A stretch of 29,583 nt of DNA. Source: an uncultured Gemmatimonadales bacterium. GTDB taxonomy: Bacteria; Gemmatimonadota; Gemmatimonadetes; Gemmatimonadales; GWC2-71-9. The notes under the pieces were generated by a model. That model made no database searches, was not told the origin of the DNA, and worked only from the letters and a program-made list of their open reading frames with translations. This document shows positions 28,334-29,583 of the stretch, piece by piece. The stretch is taken from NCBI GenBank assembly GCA_963825055.1, contig CAWGSK010000031.1, forward strand, positions 1 to 29,583, read 5' to 3'. Within the stretch, counting starts at the first letter, position 1, and the number at the start of each line of letters is the position of its first letter. A program made the position numbers and the translations under genes.

Positions 28334-29008
28334 ATGCGATCGAGATACCTGCTGTGCGCCGCGGCGCTGCTGCTGTCCGGCTGCGGCTCGCGGGGGAACG
28401 ATGCCCCGCCTGCCTCGGACCGTGCCGCCCATGTCCCTGCCGGCCGTCCACGGATCGTCTTCCTCGGCACCAGTCTGACTGCCGGACTCGGCGTGGACCC
28501 GGGACAGGCCTACCCCGCCCGTATTCAGGAGCGCCTGGACCGGGAGGGGCTGGACTACGAAGTCGTCAACGCGGGACAGAGCGGTGAGACCTCCGCGGGG
28601 GCCAGGGCCCGGATCGACTGGGTCCTGCGCGAGCCGGCGGCCGTGCTCGTGATCGAGACCGGGGCCAATGACGGGCTGCGGGGGCTGGATGTGGACTCGC
28701 TGCGGGCCAACATCCAGGCCATCATCGACACCGCCCGCCACCGTCCGGATCCGCCCCGGATTGTCCTCGTGGGGATGGAAGCGCCGCCCAACCTGGGCCC
28801 GCGTTTCACCGGACGCTTCCGTACCGCCTACCAGGATCTCGCGCGCCGCAACGGGGTCGCCTTGGTGCCCTTCCTGCTCACCAACGTGGCCGGGATCGAT
28901 TCACTGAACCAGCCGGACGGCATCCACCCCAATGCCCGGGGCCATGAGATCGTGGCCGACAATGTGTGGGCGGTGCTGGGGCCGATGCTGAACAGTGGTG
29001 CGAACTGA
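28334..29008 (+). CDS. tesA: Arylesterase/acyl-CoA thioesterase I (SGNH), predicted lipoprotein
   Basis: FLGTSLTAG, NAGQSGETS, ETGANDGLRG and DGIHPN blocks. Lipobox LLSG-C. Divergent from ybbAP as in E. coli. Confidence 0.88.
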   Translation: MRSRYLLCAAALLLSGCGSRGNDAPPASDRAAHVPAGRPRIVFLGTSLTAGLGVDPGQAYPARIQERLDREGLDYEVVNAGQSGETSAGARARIDWVLREPAAVLVIETGANDGLRGLDVDSLRANIQAIIDTARHRPDPPRIVLVGMEAPPNLGPRFTGRFRTAYQDLARRNGVALVPFLLTNVAGIDSLNQPDGIHPNARGHEIVADNVWAVLGPMLNSGAN

Positions 29009-29012
29009 GCGT

Positions 29013-29069
29013 TAAGAAGTAAGACGTGTGCATCTTGCCCCTCTCACTTCTTACTCCTTATTTCTCACT
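29013..29069. repeat. AGTAAGA/AGTGAGA heptamer arrays in inverted orientation between convergent genes
   Basis: TAAGAAGTAAGA (29013-29024) pairs 11/12 with TCTCACTTCTTA (29042-29053). On the minus strand, AGTGAGA AATAAGG AGTAAGA AGTGAGA (29069-29042) includes the last codons and the TAA of the dehydrogenase. Confidence 0.75.
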
Positions 29070-29583
29070 GTGGTGCAGCCGCTCCTCCACCCTCCTCGCC
29101 GAGGCGTGCAGCGGGGAGCTGTCCGAACTGCGCGCCTCGTCCAGTATCTCCCTCAACGAGTTGCCGATACCCACGATGTGGCGGCAGATCTCCGACTCCT
29201 CCACCATGCCCTGGTGCATGAGGCCGAAGGCCATGGCGCCGCCGGCGTTGGCGACGTAGTCCGGACAGTACAGGATCCCCCGCTGGTGCAGGACGTCGGC
29301 GTCCTCGTCTCGTTCGAGCTGGTTGTTGGCCGACCCCGCGACGACCCGGCAGGCGAGGCCGGGAATGGTGCGGGTGTTCAGGATGCCCCCGATCGCGCAG
29401 GGCGCGAAGATGTCGCAGGGGGTCTGGTAGACGTCATCGTTTGCCACCACCTGGCCGCCATGTGCCTTCGCGAGCGCCGCCGAGCGATCAGGGTCGATGT
29501 CGCTCACGAGCAGCGATGCCCCGGCCTCGTCAAGCAGCGCAGCCAGCGGCGTCCCCACGCCGCCGGCCCCCTGAATCAGTACT
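29058..29583 (-). CDS. Glu/Leu/Phe/Val dehydrogenase (leucine-dehydrogenase-like), C-terminal NAD-binding part, 5'-truncated
   Basis: VLIQGAGGVG, DIFAPCAIGG, VAGSANNQL and PDYVANAGG. The frame is open to the window edge. Confidence 0.9.
   Translation of the reverse strand, partial: VLIQGAGGVGTPLAALLDEAGASLLVSDIDPDRSAALAKAHGGQVVANDDVYQTPCDIFAPCAIGGILNTRTIPGLACRVVAGSANNQLERDEDADVLHQRGILYCPDYVANAGGAMAFGLMHQGMVEESEICRHIVGIGNSLREILDEARSSDSSPLHASARRVEERLHHSEK

Noticed and set aside
28460..28480. GTSL instead of GDSL in TesA as a sign of inactivation
   Set aside because: The catalytic Ser, the oxyanion Gly and Asn, and DxxH are all intact.

Overview
High-GC bacterial chromosomal window. The gene styles suggest Gemmatimonadota, but that is inference only. 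It holds about 26 tightly packed CDSs; I see no rRNA, tRNA, CRISPR array, transposase or integrase. In order: a 5'-truncated Xaa-Pro aminopeptidase; a PadR / serine-hydrolase lipoprotein / HAAS-like membrane protein operon; an ECF43-type sigma factor coupled to a membrane Ser/Thr kinase, divergent from a secreted His-rich TPR protein; a caa3-type cytochrome c oxidase operon; M20 peptidase, DinB, YbjQ, methyltransferase and GNAT genes; a two-component system followed by two apparently exported multi-domain rhodaneses; DUF423, a membrane hydrolase, a dienoyl-CoA-reductase-like SDR and a plant/chlamydial-type FabI; ybbAP/tesA; and the 3' part of a Glu/Leu/Phe/Val dehydrogenase. The best candidates for undescribed biology are: (1) a kinase whose only cysteines form an extracytoplasmic Cys-His-Cys, next to six exported rhodanese domains, with a shared upstream DNA motif; (2) purine-rich 7-mer arrays that start at stop codons and form locus-specific long inverted repeats at three convergent gene junctions; (3) a symmetric 19-bp bidirectional, apparently leaderless promoter between ybbA and tesA. 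All calls come from motif recognition; no database searches were run.
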